In this document: piece by piece, positions 13,700-26,940 of the stretch
Layout of the letters: the number at the start of each line of letters is the position of its first letter
Numbering within the stretch: the stretch's first letter is position 1
From: Octopus vulgaris
Taxonomy: Eukaryota
DNA: 64,000 nt
NCBI GenBank assembly: GCA_951406725.2
Contig: OX597818.1
Coordinates: 89,962,001 to 90,026,000 of the forward strand
Direction of reading: 5' to 3'
The notes under the pieces: model-generated
Databases searched by the model: none
What the model saw: the letters and a program-made list of their open reading frames with translations, nothing else
Told to the model about the DNA's origin: nothing
Program-made: the position numbers and the translations under genes

Positions 13700-14310
13700 A
13701 GTGGGAGAGACAAGAGGATAGGGGGAAAGGGAGAGTTGGAGAGAGGGAGGGAAGGAGAGAGGTGAGGATAGAGAAGAGGGAGAAAAGAAGGATAAAAGAG
13801 AAAGGAGAGAGGTGCAGACAGAAACGGAGAGAGAGGGGGGAAGGAAGAGAGGGACAAAAGTGAAAGAGAAGGGGAGAAAGAGAGTGAGAAAAAGTGAGAT
13901 ATATATTTAGAAGAGGGGGAAGAAAGGGAAAAGGGAAGAGAACAAGAGAGAGGGAGAAGGGGGAAAGGGAGTGAAGAATAGAGAGCGAGAGAGAGAAAGA
14001 AAGAAAGAGAGACGATGTAGAGGGAGAGAAGATGTGAAAGTGAGATAGAGACATATGAGAGAGGGTAGAGAGAGAAAGAGAGGACAAAGGAAAGAGTGGA
14101 GAGAGAGAAAGACAAATAAGACAAGAAAGAGAAAGGCAGAGAGACAAAATCCAGAGAGAAGACATGGCGAGTAGGAGAAAGTGAGAGAAGACAAAGAAGA
14201 GAAGGAGAAAACGAGAGAGAAACAGAAAAATAAAAATAGCGATTAAAGAGAGAAAAGACAAAGAGAATGATGAAGGAGAGAGAGAGAGAGAGAGGGGAGA
14301 AGGAGACAAT
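13700..14310. repeat. Polypurine (GA-rich) low-complexity tract
   Basis: About 600 bp almost entirely A/G on the + strand. Confidence 0.9.
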
Positions 14311-14643
14311 AAATATAGACAGTGGCTGTCAGGTGAGATTGAAACCAAATAAAGCTGATTCCATTCAATATCATATAATTAGAAAGTGGTCCCACAGTTT
14401 AATGAGGTCTACGTCAAATCTATACACAAAAAACGAGACCCAATCTGTGGAAGGAGTCAAAGGAAAGGCTAAATCTTTGAATAGCTATGTCACAGTGGGA
14501 ACTGCTGTATACTATGATCTTGATAAAAATGAAAGTTGTTACTGAATATTACGACACGGAGTCGTGGATTCATGTCTGGCAGGGTTGATATATTTTTGTT
14601 ATTGAGTATAGTTATTGTAGCGTTTTGCTTTGTTCATCCATAT

Positions 14644-14694
<51 letters not shown>

Positions 14695-14827
14695 GTCATC
14701 GTCATTAAGGTGCATTTTCCATGCTTGCGTGGGTCGGACAGAGAACCTTTTCAGACACACACACATGAGTGTGTGTATCTATATAATCATATATATGAAT
14801 GTGTATAGATATCTATATAATCATGTT

Positions 14828-14886
<59 letters not shown>

Positions 14887-14979
14887 TGATATAGCGTAGG
14901 CTTGAAGCGTCAAAGATCACAAGCATCAAACATATATATATACATACAGACACACACACATATATATATAAATATGTAA

Positions 14980-15011
<32 letters not shown>

Positions 15012-15685
15012 CGACGCCCATGTGTATATATGTATATATGTATGTGTGTATATATATATATACGCCCTATATATACATACACCCTATGGACGTAACTTCA
15101 ACCGTGTTCTTTCTGTTGTGATTTTGCTACCCAGGTATCGGTTATCTTTCGAATTATCCGTAATAAGATAATTCATTTATCTACTTAAATATATATATAT
15201 ATATATAAGATTCAGCAAACAAATTATTTGCTGATGCATGCCGATGTCTGGCCAATCGATAATAAATCACCATGTGTACGGTGAACAGCGAAAATCAAAA
15301 CATTCTTGATACGTTCCAAGGGATTCGAACGTGAACGCATGCTAATGGCCGTTGTATTTCGTCTTTGGGGAATAACTTCTCTCTTTCAGACGAATCTTCG
15401 CTCAGAACACACTCGAGACTTCGTCTTTGAGTAATTACACGTTGCTCTAGTCTACTCTGCTGGAAATGGGTACCATCCGAACACTGATGCAACTCTCCCT
15501 CCCTCCAGCTTTCCCATTTTGGATGTGCCGCTGGGTCAAAGGGTGAGAGAGTCGATAAGGTGTCTTTGTTTGCTCGCGTCTACACAGGTACCTTAAACAA
15601 TTAGATTCTGAGTGACGGCTGGCTGTTAAATAACCATCCTATCTACTTTGGTAAAATTTCTTTTGGAAAGTTTTCTAACAAGGCA

Positions 15686-15927
15686 TAGGCGTAGGAGTGG
15701 CTGTGTGGTAAGTAGCTTGCTTACCAACCACATGGTTCCGGGTTCAGTCCCACTGCGTGGCATATTGGGCAAGCATCTTCTACTATAGCCTCGGGCCGAC
15801 CAAAACCTTATGAGTGGATTTGGGAGGTGGAAACTGAAAGAAGCAAGCCCGTCGTATATAGGTATATATATATGTGTGTGTGTGTGCGTGTGTGTGTGCG
15901 TGTGTGTGTGAGAGCGTGTGTGTGTGT

Positions 15928-15979
<52 letters not shown>

Positions 15980-16030
15980 TTGTGTGTCTGTGTTTGTCCC
16001 CCCAACATCGCTTGACAACCGATGGTGGCA
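15686..16030 (+). mobile_element. SINE family B (3' truncated)
   Basis: AGGCGTAGGAGTGGCTGTGTGGTAAG..GGTTCAGTCCC head; (TG)n core. Confidence 0.9.
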
Positions 16031-17654
16031 ACACACACTCTAGCTATGCTAGTGTATGTATATACATTTCTGCCCTTTAACTGCCATCTATGAGATTTTT
16101 TTTTGTTGGCCAGGAGCATTTTGTTGATGATAAGGCACTCATTTAAGAAGTTTTATTGTATTTTTTTTTATGTATTCGGAGTTCTGCTTCGATAAACATA
16201 ACAGTAGACAATTTTTTTCTTGTTTTTTCATTATGAGGTTATCACCGAAAACTTGTTCCGGGTGAACAATTCCTCATGGAATTGAGAAAACATAAAACTC
16301 TCACCTTCTCCAGGTTTATAAAACAGACTTCAAACTTAGTGAATAGCTTATCTGCTTTACCATTAGTATTGGTAATTGCTACTATAATGCCATGCTTTTC
16401 ACTCATATCTGTATGCTTAAGGTTACAGGCCTTAAGTGCACCGCAGTCACTTGTTAGTGGCTGCATAAACAGGCATTTATTAAACTCGGTTTTGATTATT
16501 GCAGAAAAGTCATATCTATCCTTTAAGTACTTAATAACTCTTTCTCACGAAACAATGGAGTTTGGTTTACTTTTCGTTGACATATTAATGGCAAGCTGGT
16601 TAAGCTCACAGCAAAACTATATAAAATGAAAACAAAACAAAGAAAAGTAGTTCTTTTATTATTCTTTCAGGCACGGTTTGCTTTTCAATTAAGCCGTTAT
16701 TTCTATACTGAAATTATACTGAATGGCTTGGCTTAGTGTCTCAGAAAACTTTAAAAGCGTGATTAAGGAAGAAGAAAAGGATCTCTGGCGATTCAAAAAC
16801 AATTCCTCTATTTTCAAAGCACTTCCTCTGTACCTTGAAACACTCCTTAACTTTTACGATTTCCCAGCTTTTGTCTATTCTGTTAAAAAATAACAACAGA
16901 GAAAATGAGAATGAAAGCGAGAGAGAGAGAGAAAGAGAGAGTAAGAGAAAGGGAGAGCAAGATACAGAGACAATGAGAGATAGAGCGAATGAGAGAGAGA
17001 GAGAGAGAGATGCAGTTTTAAAGGATTCCACTTAACAGCCACTAAAATAACTGTGATGTCCTCTTAGCTGAGATGATATAAATATTGTACACTATAAAAT
17101 ACGTTTTCAACATCAGATACCAGTTTGCCCGGGGGAAATCTAATCGCATTATGAAAAAACAGTGTAGGTAATTTACAGAAACAATGTTATTCTGTGGCAT
17201 TTTCGGTTTTTCACCAGCGTTTATTATAGTTTACACTTGCATTGTCAGCAATGCGTGCAGACACTTTATATAGATCCAGCTTTGACGTCCCTAGTTTAGA
17301 TTTGGAATACTCTTTGATGATTTGCTGTCATCACTGTATAAGTTGTGTAACAGGTATGGTTGTGTACATAAAATGCTCGCATTGCAACCAAGTGCACGGC
17401 ACTTTTGCTGTTTATATAAGTTAAATGAAGAAAGCCAAGTACGAATTTGTGTTACAATTTATGTCTCTCCCTTCCTATACATCGTTTATCCAGCAAGTAT
17501 TTCAGCATAAAATGTCATACATTATTTACATTCGACAGATATTTGTCCTCATCCTGTTTGTTGTTAAACGTTTCGACTGATATACCCTCCAGCCTTCTTC
17601 AGGTATCTTGGGGAAATTTCGAACCTGGGTTCTCATTCCTAAGGTATTTTTCGA

Positions 17655-17694
<40 letters not shown>

Positions 17695-17723
17695 GTTGTT
17701 GTTGTTGTTGTTGTTAGTGTTCC

Positions 17724-17796
17724 GGTCACTGCTTGGAATCGAACTCGGAATCTTGGGATTAGTAGCCCGCGCTCTTAACCACTACGCCATATGCCC
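17724..17796 (-). promoter_or_regulatory. tRNA-derived Pol III head (A and B boxes), not a functional tRNA
   Basis: GGGCATA-TGGCGTAGTGG-TTAAGAGCGCGGGCTACTAATCCCAAGATTCC-GAGTTCGATTCC-AAGCAGTGACC; acceptor and T stems mispaired. Confidence 0.75.
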
Positions 17797-17845
17797 AGGG
17801 GCATATGGCGTAGTGGTTACTAACAACAACAACAACAACAACAAC

Positions 17846-17876
<31 letters not shown>

Positions 17877-17923
17877 TCGAAAAATACCTTAGGAATGAGA
17901 AGCCAGGTTCGAAATTTCCCCAA

Positions 17924-17969
17924 GACACCTGAAGAAGGCTGGTGGGTATATCAGCTGAAATGTTGTGTT
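17924..17969 (+). ncRNA. Type I hammerhead ribozyme motif (inverted copy at 17564-17607, -)
   Basis: GACAC-CTGAAGA-A-GGCTGG..TCAGCT-GAAA(T)GTT-GTGTT; the minus copy keeps GAAACGTT but lacks 4 nt of stem I. Confidence 0.75.
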
Positions 17970-18314
17970 AACAACAAACAAGATGAGGACAAATATCTGT
18001 CGAATTCCTCATTTTTTAAATATAGAACTATAAAATGTCATATTCTTAGCTTGAAATGTTCCGCGACTTTAGGTATTTTTCGGGCTTCCCTCCATTGTGC
18101 AAGTTGGTGCGTAATCACCATAGATTCTTCGTCAGGTGAATTTTTGCGAAAAGGAAAACCTCGAACAAACTTTTGTATATTTAGTATTTGTAGAATATAA
18201 CTTTCTTTCTCAATGTAAATCGAGAATTTCGACGATGTTCTCTGTTTCTTTTACATTTATTTCATTAGCCGTGTATAAAATCAAAATATAAAAATGTTCC
18301 ATGGAAAAAGGTAT

Positions 18315-18735
18315 GGAGTGGCTGTGTGGTAAGTAGCTTGCTTACGAACCACATGGTTCCAGGTTCAGTCCCACTGCGTGGCACCTTGGGCAAGTGTTTT
18401 CTACTATAGCCTCGAGCCGACCAAAGCTTTGTGAGTGGATTTAATAGACGGAAACTGAAAGAAGCCTGCCATTTACATGTATATATATATATATATGTAT
18501 GCGTGTGTGTGTGTGTGTGTATGTTGGTTTGTCTGTTTGTCCCCCACCAACATCGCTTGACAACCGATGCTGGTGTGTTTACGTCTCCGTAACTTAGCGG
18601 TTCGGCAAAAGTGACCGATAGAATAAGTACTAGTCTTACTAAGGATAAGTCCTGGGGTCGATTTGCTCGACTTAAAGGCGGCGCTCCAGCATGGCCATAG
18701 TCACATGACTGAAACAAGTAAAAGAGTAAAAGAGT
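18315..18735 (+). mobile_element. Full-length SINE family B
   Basis: Head, CORE-like CCTTGGGCAAGTG, microsatellite, tail (GTAAAAGA)n. Confidence 0.9.
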
Positions 18736-19774
18736 ATACACAATTTACAAAGGCGATAATAAAAAGTTCTTGGGAATGGAATGAAGTAGTTCATTATTGA
18801 GAATGTACTATTCAGGCTAGTGAGGCCATTGCGAAGGAATATAGTAAAACCTATTATCCTTTTCATGACAGCCTCTAAAAAGAACACTTGGAGCAGTAAT
18901 TTAAAAAAAAAAAATTATTTACAAATTTTAAAATATGCTTTTGATATTACTAAAAATGGTAAGGTTTTACTACAAACAGTTTTGTTGATTACCCAACAGC
19001 ATCTTTTTCATATATATATTTTTTACATCTTTTGAGCCTAGGAGAGTTGCATCTTTGCACACAAAATGATTCCAGGCAATTGGTCCACGATAGGGGTAGC
19101 TGAATTAAAAAAAAAATTGTTATCGTATAACAACTACATCTGAATGTTGCCCGAGAGTACTTCGTCAGATATTTGAAAATATTCTTTATATATTTTCCTG
19201 AACACATTTTCGTGTAGAGTAGTGATAAACTTTGAACATTAGACTCAAACTGAGCAGCCAAACTTATTTCATAAATGTTTACTGTTTTATTATCAGGCAT
19301 TAAAGTCTGAGAATGAGCTTTTCTGGGAGCCTTTGTTATAATCCAGACTGCATGTTTTGTAAAGTGTACAACGGCTCTGATGTAATGGCAACAGTAGTGA
19401 TTTTGTTTTTTTCTTCTTTGTCAATTGAAGTTATTCATATTGTAATCTCTCACATGCACTATGTAGATTGATAATGCTGTACTGTGTCTTTCAACTGTAT
19501 GTTAGGCGGACGTAGTATTAACTAATCTATACAGCAATTCAGCTACAAGTTCACATTCTACTTAACAAACACCCTGAACATAAGATCAGCATTAATTTCT
19601 TAATGCCACCATGAAAATAAATTAATTCTCTCAAAAGTCAACAGAACAAACGAGCCAGACAAAACAAATCCTAACAACAGATAAACCAAAAGCCTGTATA
19701 CCATTATCTCGTAAGCAAGGCCAGCCTTGGAGCATGTGTGAGAGTATAGACATTCGTGTGCATATATATGCATA

Positions 19775-20192
19775 CTCTTTTACTTGTTTCAGTCATTTGA
19801 CTGCGGCCATGCTGGAGCACCGCCTTTAGACGAGCAAATCGACCCCGGGACTTATTCGACCCCAGTACTTATTCTATCGGTTTCTTTTGCCGAACCGCTA
19901 AGTGACGGGGACGTAAACACACCAGCATCGGTTGTCAAGCAATGCTAGGGGGACAAACACAGACACACAAACACACACACACACACACACACACACGCAC
20001 GCACATATATATATATATATACATATATACGACAGGCTTCTTTCAGTTTCCGTCTACCAAATCCACTCACAAGGCATTGGTCGGCCCGGGGTTATAGCAG
20101 AAGACACTTGCCCAAGATGTCACGCAGTGGGACTGAACCCGGAACCATGTGGTTGGTTAGCAAGCTACTTACCACATAGCCACTCCTGCGTT
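19775..20192 (-). mobile_element. Full-length SINE family B
   Basis: Complete family B match. Confidence 0.9.
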
Positions 20193-21297
20193 TAATAGGA
20201 TCTAGCATGGCAATTTAACTTGCTTTCAAAATAGGCTAATATATTACAATGGATATCAAACGTCATACTGTTAAATGTTTAGATGTTAAATTTAGATAAT
20301 TAAATTTAGCTCTTACTATATGCCTATACAAAAGCTATTCTGTTTACCCACAAAATATTTTACGCAATTTAATTCTAAACGTTAGTAAGGGTATATCATT
20401 ATCATCAGATGAATCTTCGTTTATCAGTGTCTCTCATTATTATAACACAGCATTCATAAACAGTGGATTCTCAGAGACACTGCAAAACGTACATAAATTC
20501 AGTGTTAAAATAGACAAAGGAATATTTTGTGGTATAATCTGGAATATAGTTTTAGAATGAGAACAAACATAACTAAATGGTTTCTTAATTTAATTTACCT
20601 TCATTTTACAGTAAACCACAACATTTTTAACGGAAATTCAATTAAGGTTAATTATGTGTCCAGTAAAAACATTGCAAGTTACATTGCCGATTATAATGCT
20701 AACCTTCGTTCAAATACAAATAACTTGCTTTCTGACTCTATATGCAGTTGTATTGATCATAATAGTTATGCCCAGTGGATGGTAATGATTGGCAAAAAAA
20801 TTTGTATGCTGTGCCAATATACACCTAGACAACAAGTCTAGGTCAATGTCCGGTTGTGAATTAACTAGCAATAATTTCGATGCTCATCTTTACCAACACA
20901 AAAATTCTTTTAGTTAATCGGGCAAAAAACTTATGACACCTCCATCGAAGCATATTGGATTCCTGAGAGAAAAACAGAGTAAAAGACTAGATATGTTCGG
21001 TATAAGTTGATCAGTGCTAGATTTTTAACAATCATACCGGTACGAAGGTTTTCGGTTACAACCAAGATAATGAAGTTAGTGTGTTTAAGCCCCTGTAATT
21101 TAGCGGTTCTGCAAAAAAGAAAATGATAGATTAAGTACCAGGTTTAGAAAATAAGTCCTGGGGTTGACTTGTTCGACAAAAACCCTTCAGAGCGGTGCTC
21201 CAGCATGGCCGCAGTCAAATGACTGAAACGAGTAAAAAGATAAAAAAAGAAAAGAAATACATACATACATACACACACACATACATACATACATACA

Positions 21298-21331
<34 letters not shown>

Positions 21332-21989
21332 CATACATACATGCATGCATACATGCATACATACATACATACATACATACATACATACATACATACATAC
21401 ATACAAATCGTGTTTTATTTTGGAAAAAATTTTAAAAGGTTTGAACTTTCTATGGAAGGCAATGGGATTATTATTTAATGGACTTAAAGATGGATAGCAA
21501 TTTAGCATATAATTTAGTTATTGCAGTTTATTATTAATACCAATACAATGTACATTGGTTTAGATGTCTCTTGTTGTAGCTTTAGTAAGGTTAGTGTTTA
21601 ATCCTGCGTATATATTGATTTATTGGAATAATGCGGTCATTAAGCTTTACTTTTATAATACACTACGGAAGACGGTAGGGATTATAATTTTTTATGACTT
21701 AATAGAGTTGTCGCTATTTAGTTACATATTTAGGAAGGGTTGTAATTTACTAATAGAATATATTTATCGATACGGTTTACATTGGGTAAATGTGTTTGAA
21801 AGTTGTGGTTTCTTTGGTTTGTTTGTTTGTTCCCAAACAACACTTATTTTTAGTGCTGTTGACACCGCCAGATTCAATGGTATTGCCCAGGTGTCGAAAC
21901 CATAATGATATCCGTGGGGTAGCTGACGATGGAGGTATGTTGGATTGTTGGTATGGCTGTGCAATCCTTTTGATATGTGTATATATACA

Positions 21990-22039
<50 letters not shown>

Positions 22040-22322
22040 CACACTATCTTAAAAGCCGCCCTATCGGGCGGCTTTTAAGCTAGCGCCTATGGAGGGCTCC
22101 TCATTGGGACTTGGGTCCAACAATGACACTTCATGAACTGAGTACATATTAAATTTTATTAAACTTGACCAATATTTTTGAAGTAATGAATAATTTTATG
22201 CAAAACAATGGTATAATTTGTCGACTTGGAACTTATTGCTAAACTGCATGATAAGCAACATTTCTGGCCTTCCCATTCGGGCGTTAGTACAATTTTTTTC
22301 CTGTCTAACCTCTTTCTCTCTC

Positions 22323-22369
<47 letters not shown>

Positions 22370-22742
22370 GTTGATTGTTTTCAACCATCACCATCACCAT
22401 CACAAGTACCACCACCATCGCCACCACAACTGCCATACACACACCATTCAAACATCTGATGTCACTACCATCAATACCTTTGATTTCGCCGCCTTCTCGC
22501 TGCCACCATCAACACTACTACTTTTAATAAAACATCATCAGCTCTCACTAAATTTCATTGTCTCTCTTTCTCTCCCTATTTTTCCTTCTCTCTCTCTCTC
22601 TCTCTCTCTCTCTGGCACCGCCCTCACCATCTCTGCCTGCTATTATTCTCACTCCACCATGAGGAATAGTAGGAGTGTCATTGAATAGTGAGAGAGGGGA
22701 TCTAAGTGTGACACACTGACGCACAGAATTAGTTTTCGCATT

Positions 22743-22774
<32 letters not shown>

Positions 22775-23107
22775 TTCTATTTGATTATTTATCTGTGTAT
22801 TTTATTTATTATGTGTTCGGTTTTGTTTATATTGTAACCAGTTTATGGGGATCCTCTACCGCCATATGTTGTGGTGGGTGCTAGTGTTCCATTCCAGTTT
22901 CCTATTCAGGCTAGGTTTATCTTCTATTATGTGTGTAGCTTCTGTAATTTGTCTGATTGTTGCATCTGTTCTATGTGTGGACAAGATTTTAACTTCTATG
23001 TTGTTGATTGATCCCCGTATTCCTGTTCGGCGTGTTGGTACAGAATCGATGAGCTTTTACCTTCCTTAAGTTCTCTCCAATGTTCATTTACCCGCTCTCC
23101 TATGCTT
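22775..23107 (-). mobile_element. 3' end (GIY-YIG C-terminus + 3' UTR) of the same PLE family as 59143-61118
   Basis: Reverse complement aligns by eye to 60805-61110 ([31 protein letters not shown]); flanked by (TA)n. Confidence 0.9.
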
Positions 23108-23110
23108 AGG

Positions 23111-23187
<77 letters not shown>

Positions 23188-23463
23188 GTATATGTATACA
23201 TATATACATATTTATACACATATGCATATGCTTAGGAACAAATATATATATATATATGTATGTATGTATGTATGTAAATGTATACATATATACATATACA
23301 AAGTTTACTGTTTTAACAAACGTTTGAGCATGACGTAGGTTAGACGAATGACAGATTTGGTTTAATATTGCAGGTGGCAATATACGTAACATGGTACAAG
23401 AGTACGCCTACACATTATTAAATGTTCACGTACAACTCACGCTCGCACACACGCATACGCGCG

Positions 23464-23497
<34 letters not shown>

Positions 23498-23725
23498 TAC
23501 ATATATAAAACCAATGAAAAGAAGAAAACAAAGAAAATTCTTTAATACACCTTTTCATTGGATTATTTACTCTTCGCCAAACCATATGAAGGTATAATGG
23601 TCGTGAAACTTGGGTTTTCTACACCTGAAGCATTCAGGCCTTCGCTTGGTTCCCGACAAAGTATTTGGGTTGAGTGCTTCTCTGCAAATACCCAACTCCA
23701 CACCCAACTGACCTTAGCCATTTGC

Positions 23726-23887
<162 letters not shown>

Positions 23888-23920
23888 CACCCACACACAC
23901 ATATACACACATATATATAT

Positions 23921-24310
23921 ATATGTTATTCAAAGGAATTCCAATTCTGTCTGTTTTTTATGTTTTATTTATATACTTTATAATATTAATGTAGATTATA
24001 GAATATATAGTATAAATAGTATATATAGTAAAATGAAATGAAGTATTGATTATCTTATTGAATAGATGAAATATTGAATATAGAATATTAAGGGACTAGT
24101 ATACTTTCTTGCATTAAATCAGTCTTCAAGGTTCCAGGTTGTGAGAGGAGTCTATATTCAATATTTCATCTATTCAATAAGACAATCAATACTTCATTTC
24201 ATTTTACTATATATACTATTTATACTATATATTCTATATTCTACATTAATATTATAAAGAATATAAATAAAACATAAAAACAGAGTTGGAATTCCTTTGA
24301 ATAATATATA
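23921..24310. repeat. Foldback (~165-bp arms) in (TA)n with a degenerate hammerhead in the spacer (24092-24135, -)
   Basis: Arms 23921-24085 and 24146-24310; spacer on minus reads GGAAC-CTTGAAGA-..-GAAAGTATACTA-GTCCC. Confidence 0.8.
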
Positions 24311-24398
24311 TCCCTCTATATACAATCATACAAACCCACCTATTATATATATATATATATATATATAAAATAATATGTTACAATTATTCAATAGTCAA

Positions 24399-24459
24399 GA
24401 TAAAACTCTGAGTTTCGGATGCCGAAGTGGAAATCCACAACACCATCTCATCGGTTATT
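24399..24459 (-). ncRNA. Hammerhead-like motif, U4C core variant; partial copy in foldback 10084-10195
   Basis: AATAA-CCGATGA-GAT-GGTGTTG..CGGCATC-C-GAAACTC-A-GAGTT-TTATC. Confidence 0.55.
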
Positions 24460-24568
24460 TTATATTATTTTATATATATATATATATATATATCATTTTA
24501 TAGATAAATTTCCTCTATTTACATAATATTGAGATCTCTTTCTTTCTTTTGTTATCTTACCGTTTTTA

Positions 24569-24621
<53 letters not shown>

Positions 24622-25096
24622 CACCGTGATCACCGTGACCGACCAGGCTATCAGATGTTGCTACACATCGCTGGTCACAATGCGCTTCGCATTGTTTTAG
24701 CCTTCAAATGACGCCACCCCGCTGGCTTAGCGAGCAGGCCAATATATATATATATGTTCTAGTCCTGTGTTCTAGTAATGTTTCAAATTTTACTTACTTT
24801 TGAATTATGTCTTCAACTACTGATTACAGTCATTGTGTTGCTCTACTGCTTTTATCACAGTCTGTGCTCATTACAAAGGAAATAACCAGCCCTGTAGTTC
24901 CGCATTCATCACTCCCCTTTATCGTGTATGGATTCACAACACTGCTGTGTGAGGACCGGCATGTCAAAAAAAAAAAAAATCCAACGTTCCCTTTGCGTGA
25001 CGTGAAAGACGACTAAAAGAGGTTGAGCTAGGAATTGCACTCTGACTTCGTAAAAGCCTCACCAAGCAGCAACAATCTAAACCCATGGGGTTGGAG

Positions 25097-25275
25097 CAGG
25101 GCTGGCTCAAGGTACCGGCAACTCGGGCAGTAGTCCGGGGCGCCATGTACTAGGGGTGGGTGGGTGGCAAGGAAGGCGTGACAAAGACAAGGAAATTTCC
25201 ACAACCGTCAGCTTGTACACGTCGAAGTTCAGCTTTAGCCTGCCGGGGGCGCCAGCAACCCTAGGGTCAACCCTG
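25097..25275. mobile_element. hAT-like MITE
   Basis: Imperfect TIRs CAGGGCTGGCTCAAGG / CCTAGGGTCAACCCTG; diverged 8-bp TSD GGTTGGAG / AGTTGGGG. Confidence 0.6.
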
Positions 25276-25508
25276 AGTTGGGGGGGTTGTCGCCTGAGTG
25301 GTGCATAGATATCATCCACCTGGAGTGGAGGATTACCGGCAAACGGTGAATGCAGCGACGCGTTGTTATAGCACTACTACTACTTGAAACCTAATATCTC
25401 GATGAACTTTTTATGTATTTTGTATTCCCTCGATAAAGGAACTTGATCTACGAAAATCTGTCATCCACCTTGATTTATATTATATTTTACTCATATTTTG
25501 CTAATTAG

Positions 25509-25961
25509 GTGCACTGCAACAAAGGTTTTCTTTTTTTCTTATTATTCAATACCTACAGGAGCCGAGCACTCCTCGCAGCGTTAACTTATGGAGCGACAAT
25601 TTCTAGGACTGTCCACGAAAAATATCCCAATACCAACAAGGGGACTGTACATGGACTTATTATTACAAAAACTAGTGAGTTCATCAGAAGAGTGAGGTGG
25701 AAAGCGTACTTTTACGACGATACGAAAGGAAGCCTAATTAAGACCTATAGCTATCCATCTCACAACTCCGCACTTGAGAACTTTGCTCATAAACCATCCC
25801 GTATAGGACGTAATACTGGAAGGTGTAAGCCATGTACAAAAGAAGCAATCAGTATACTTCGTACAGACAAGAAGATTTTAATTCATAAAATCTCGGACGT
25901 TATAATTGTATGTAGGCATAAGTATTTAGCTACGTTTAAGTTTTTTTTTTTAAGTAGATAG
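25509..25961 (+). pseudogene. Internally deleted PLE (pre-RT segment fused to GIY-YIG C-terminus)
   Basis: KTSEFIRRVRWKAYFY (PLE pre-RT 'RMRWKA'-type motif) joined to GRCKPCTKEAISIL..KISDVIIVCRH (PLE endonuclease C-terminal 'CxLCxxE..NKRSE..CRH' type). Confidence 0.6.
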
Positions 25962-26547
25962 GATAGAATCTGATTTTATGAACATCGACTTGCCTTCATA
26001 AAATGATAACATTTTTTCCCCGCTTTTGGTTAGATTTGATCAACTTAAAGTTTAAACATAAAAGTCTTTATTCTTTGGCATCATAGTGATTCACGGGCTT
26101 AGCGTCGCATTCAAACCTTTTACTCTTCTATATATAAGTTGTAAGTTAGCGATCATTGTAAATTATAGATTGCAAATATCACGTGAATTTTTAAATCGTT
26201 TCCACTAACATTCTGCATATATGGATTCACGTTATTTTTAATTATTTACTTATCAGCAATCCAATTGTTTTTTTTTTAATGGTTACCCAAATTTGAGCCC
26301 TCATTTTATTTTTAAAATATCTTTATTTTCATTCGCACAACTTATTTTGAAAAATACTATAACATCTTATAAAAATATAACATTACTCGATATAACGTCA
26401 AGTTCCATAAGTAGGAGATATTTAAAGCTTTCTCAAATTTTAAAACTATTTTAATCGATTTTTTCTACCTGCGTACATAAAGCAATATTTATCTCTCACA
26501 AGATGGAGCATTTTTTTTTGTTCATCTGACCTTCAAGGAACAGTATA

Positions 26548-26604
<57 letters not shown>

Positions 26605-26940
26605 CGCGTGTGTGTATGTGTGTGTGAGTGTATATGTGTTTGTGTACCCATGTTTGTCCCCTCAACATCGTTTGACAACCGATGCTGGTGTGTTTGTATC
26701 CCCATAACTTAACGGTTCGGCAAAAGTGACCGATAGAATAAATACTTGGCTAAAGGCGGTGCTCCAGCATGGCCACAGTCAAATGACTGAAACAAGTAAA
26801 TGAGTAAAAGAGTATATGTAATGAATATACATAGGTAATATATATTTTTTAACTTAAATAAAGAAGTATTATTACCGTTATTAATGATATTAAGATAATA
26901 AGGTGGCTAGCAAGTTCACACCGTTTCAGGCACAATATAA

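Larger units (their letters stand above)
17520..18029. mobile_element. Head-to-head inverted pair of a tRNA-headed, hammerhead-containing short retroelement with 13-bp TSD
   Basis: ATAAAATGTCATA at 17507-17519 and 18030-18042; arms are reverse complements about centre 17797-17798. Confidence 0.8.

Noticed and set aside
13270-14348. 284-aa and 290-aa S/L/F/P-rich ORFs
   Set aside because: They arise from a polypyrimidine strand that lacks stop codons by composition.
17724-17796. Functional tRNA gene
   Set aside because: Acceptor, anticodon and T stems are mispaired and the sequence lies within a TSD-flanked repeat, so it is treated as a SINE-type head.
16100-21000. Possible decayed DNA-transposase (MULE-like) pieces between SINEs
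   Set aside because: Only vague motif resemblance (e.g. LRNGLTSLNSTF); not supportable without a profile search.
22048-22083. 14-bp GC hairpin with T-run resembling a rho-independent terminator
   Set aside because: The DNA is eukaryotic; hairpin plus CTAG is more likely a Helitron-type 3' end remnant, and no 5' end was identified.
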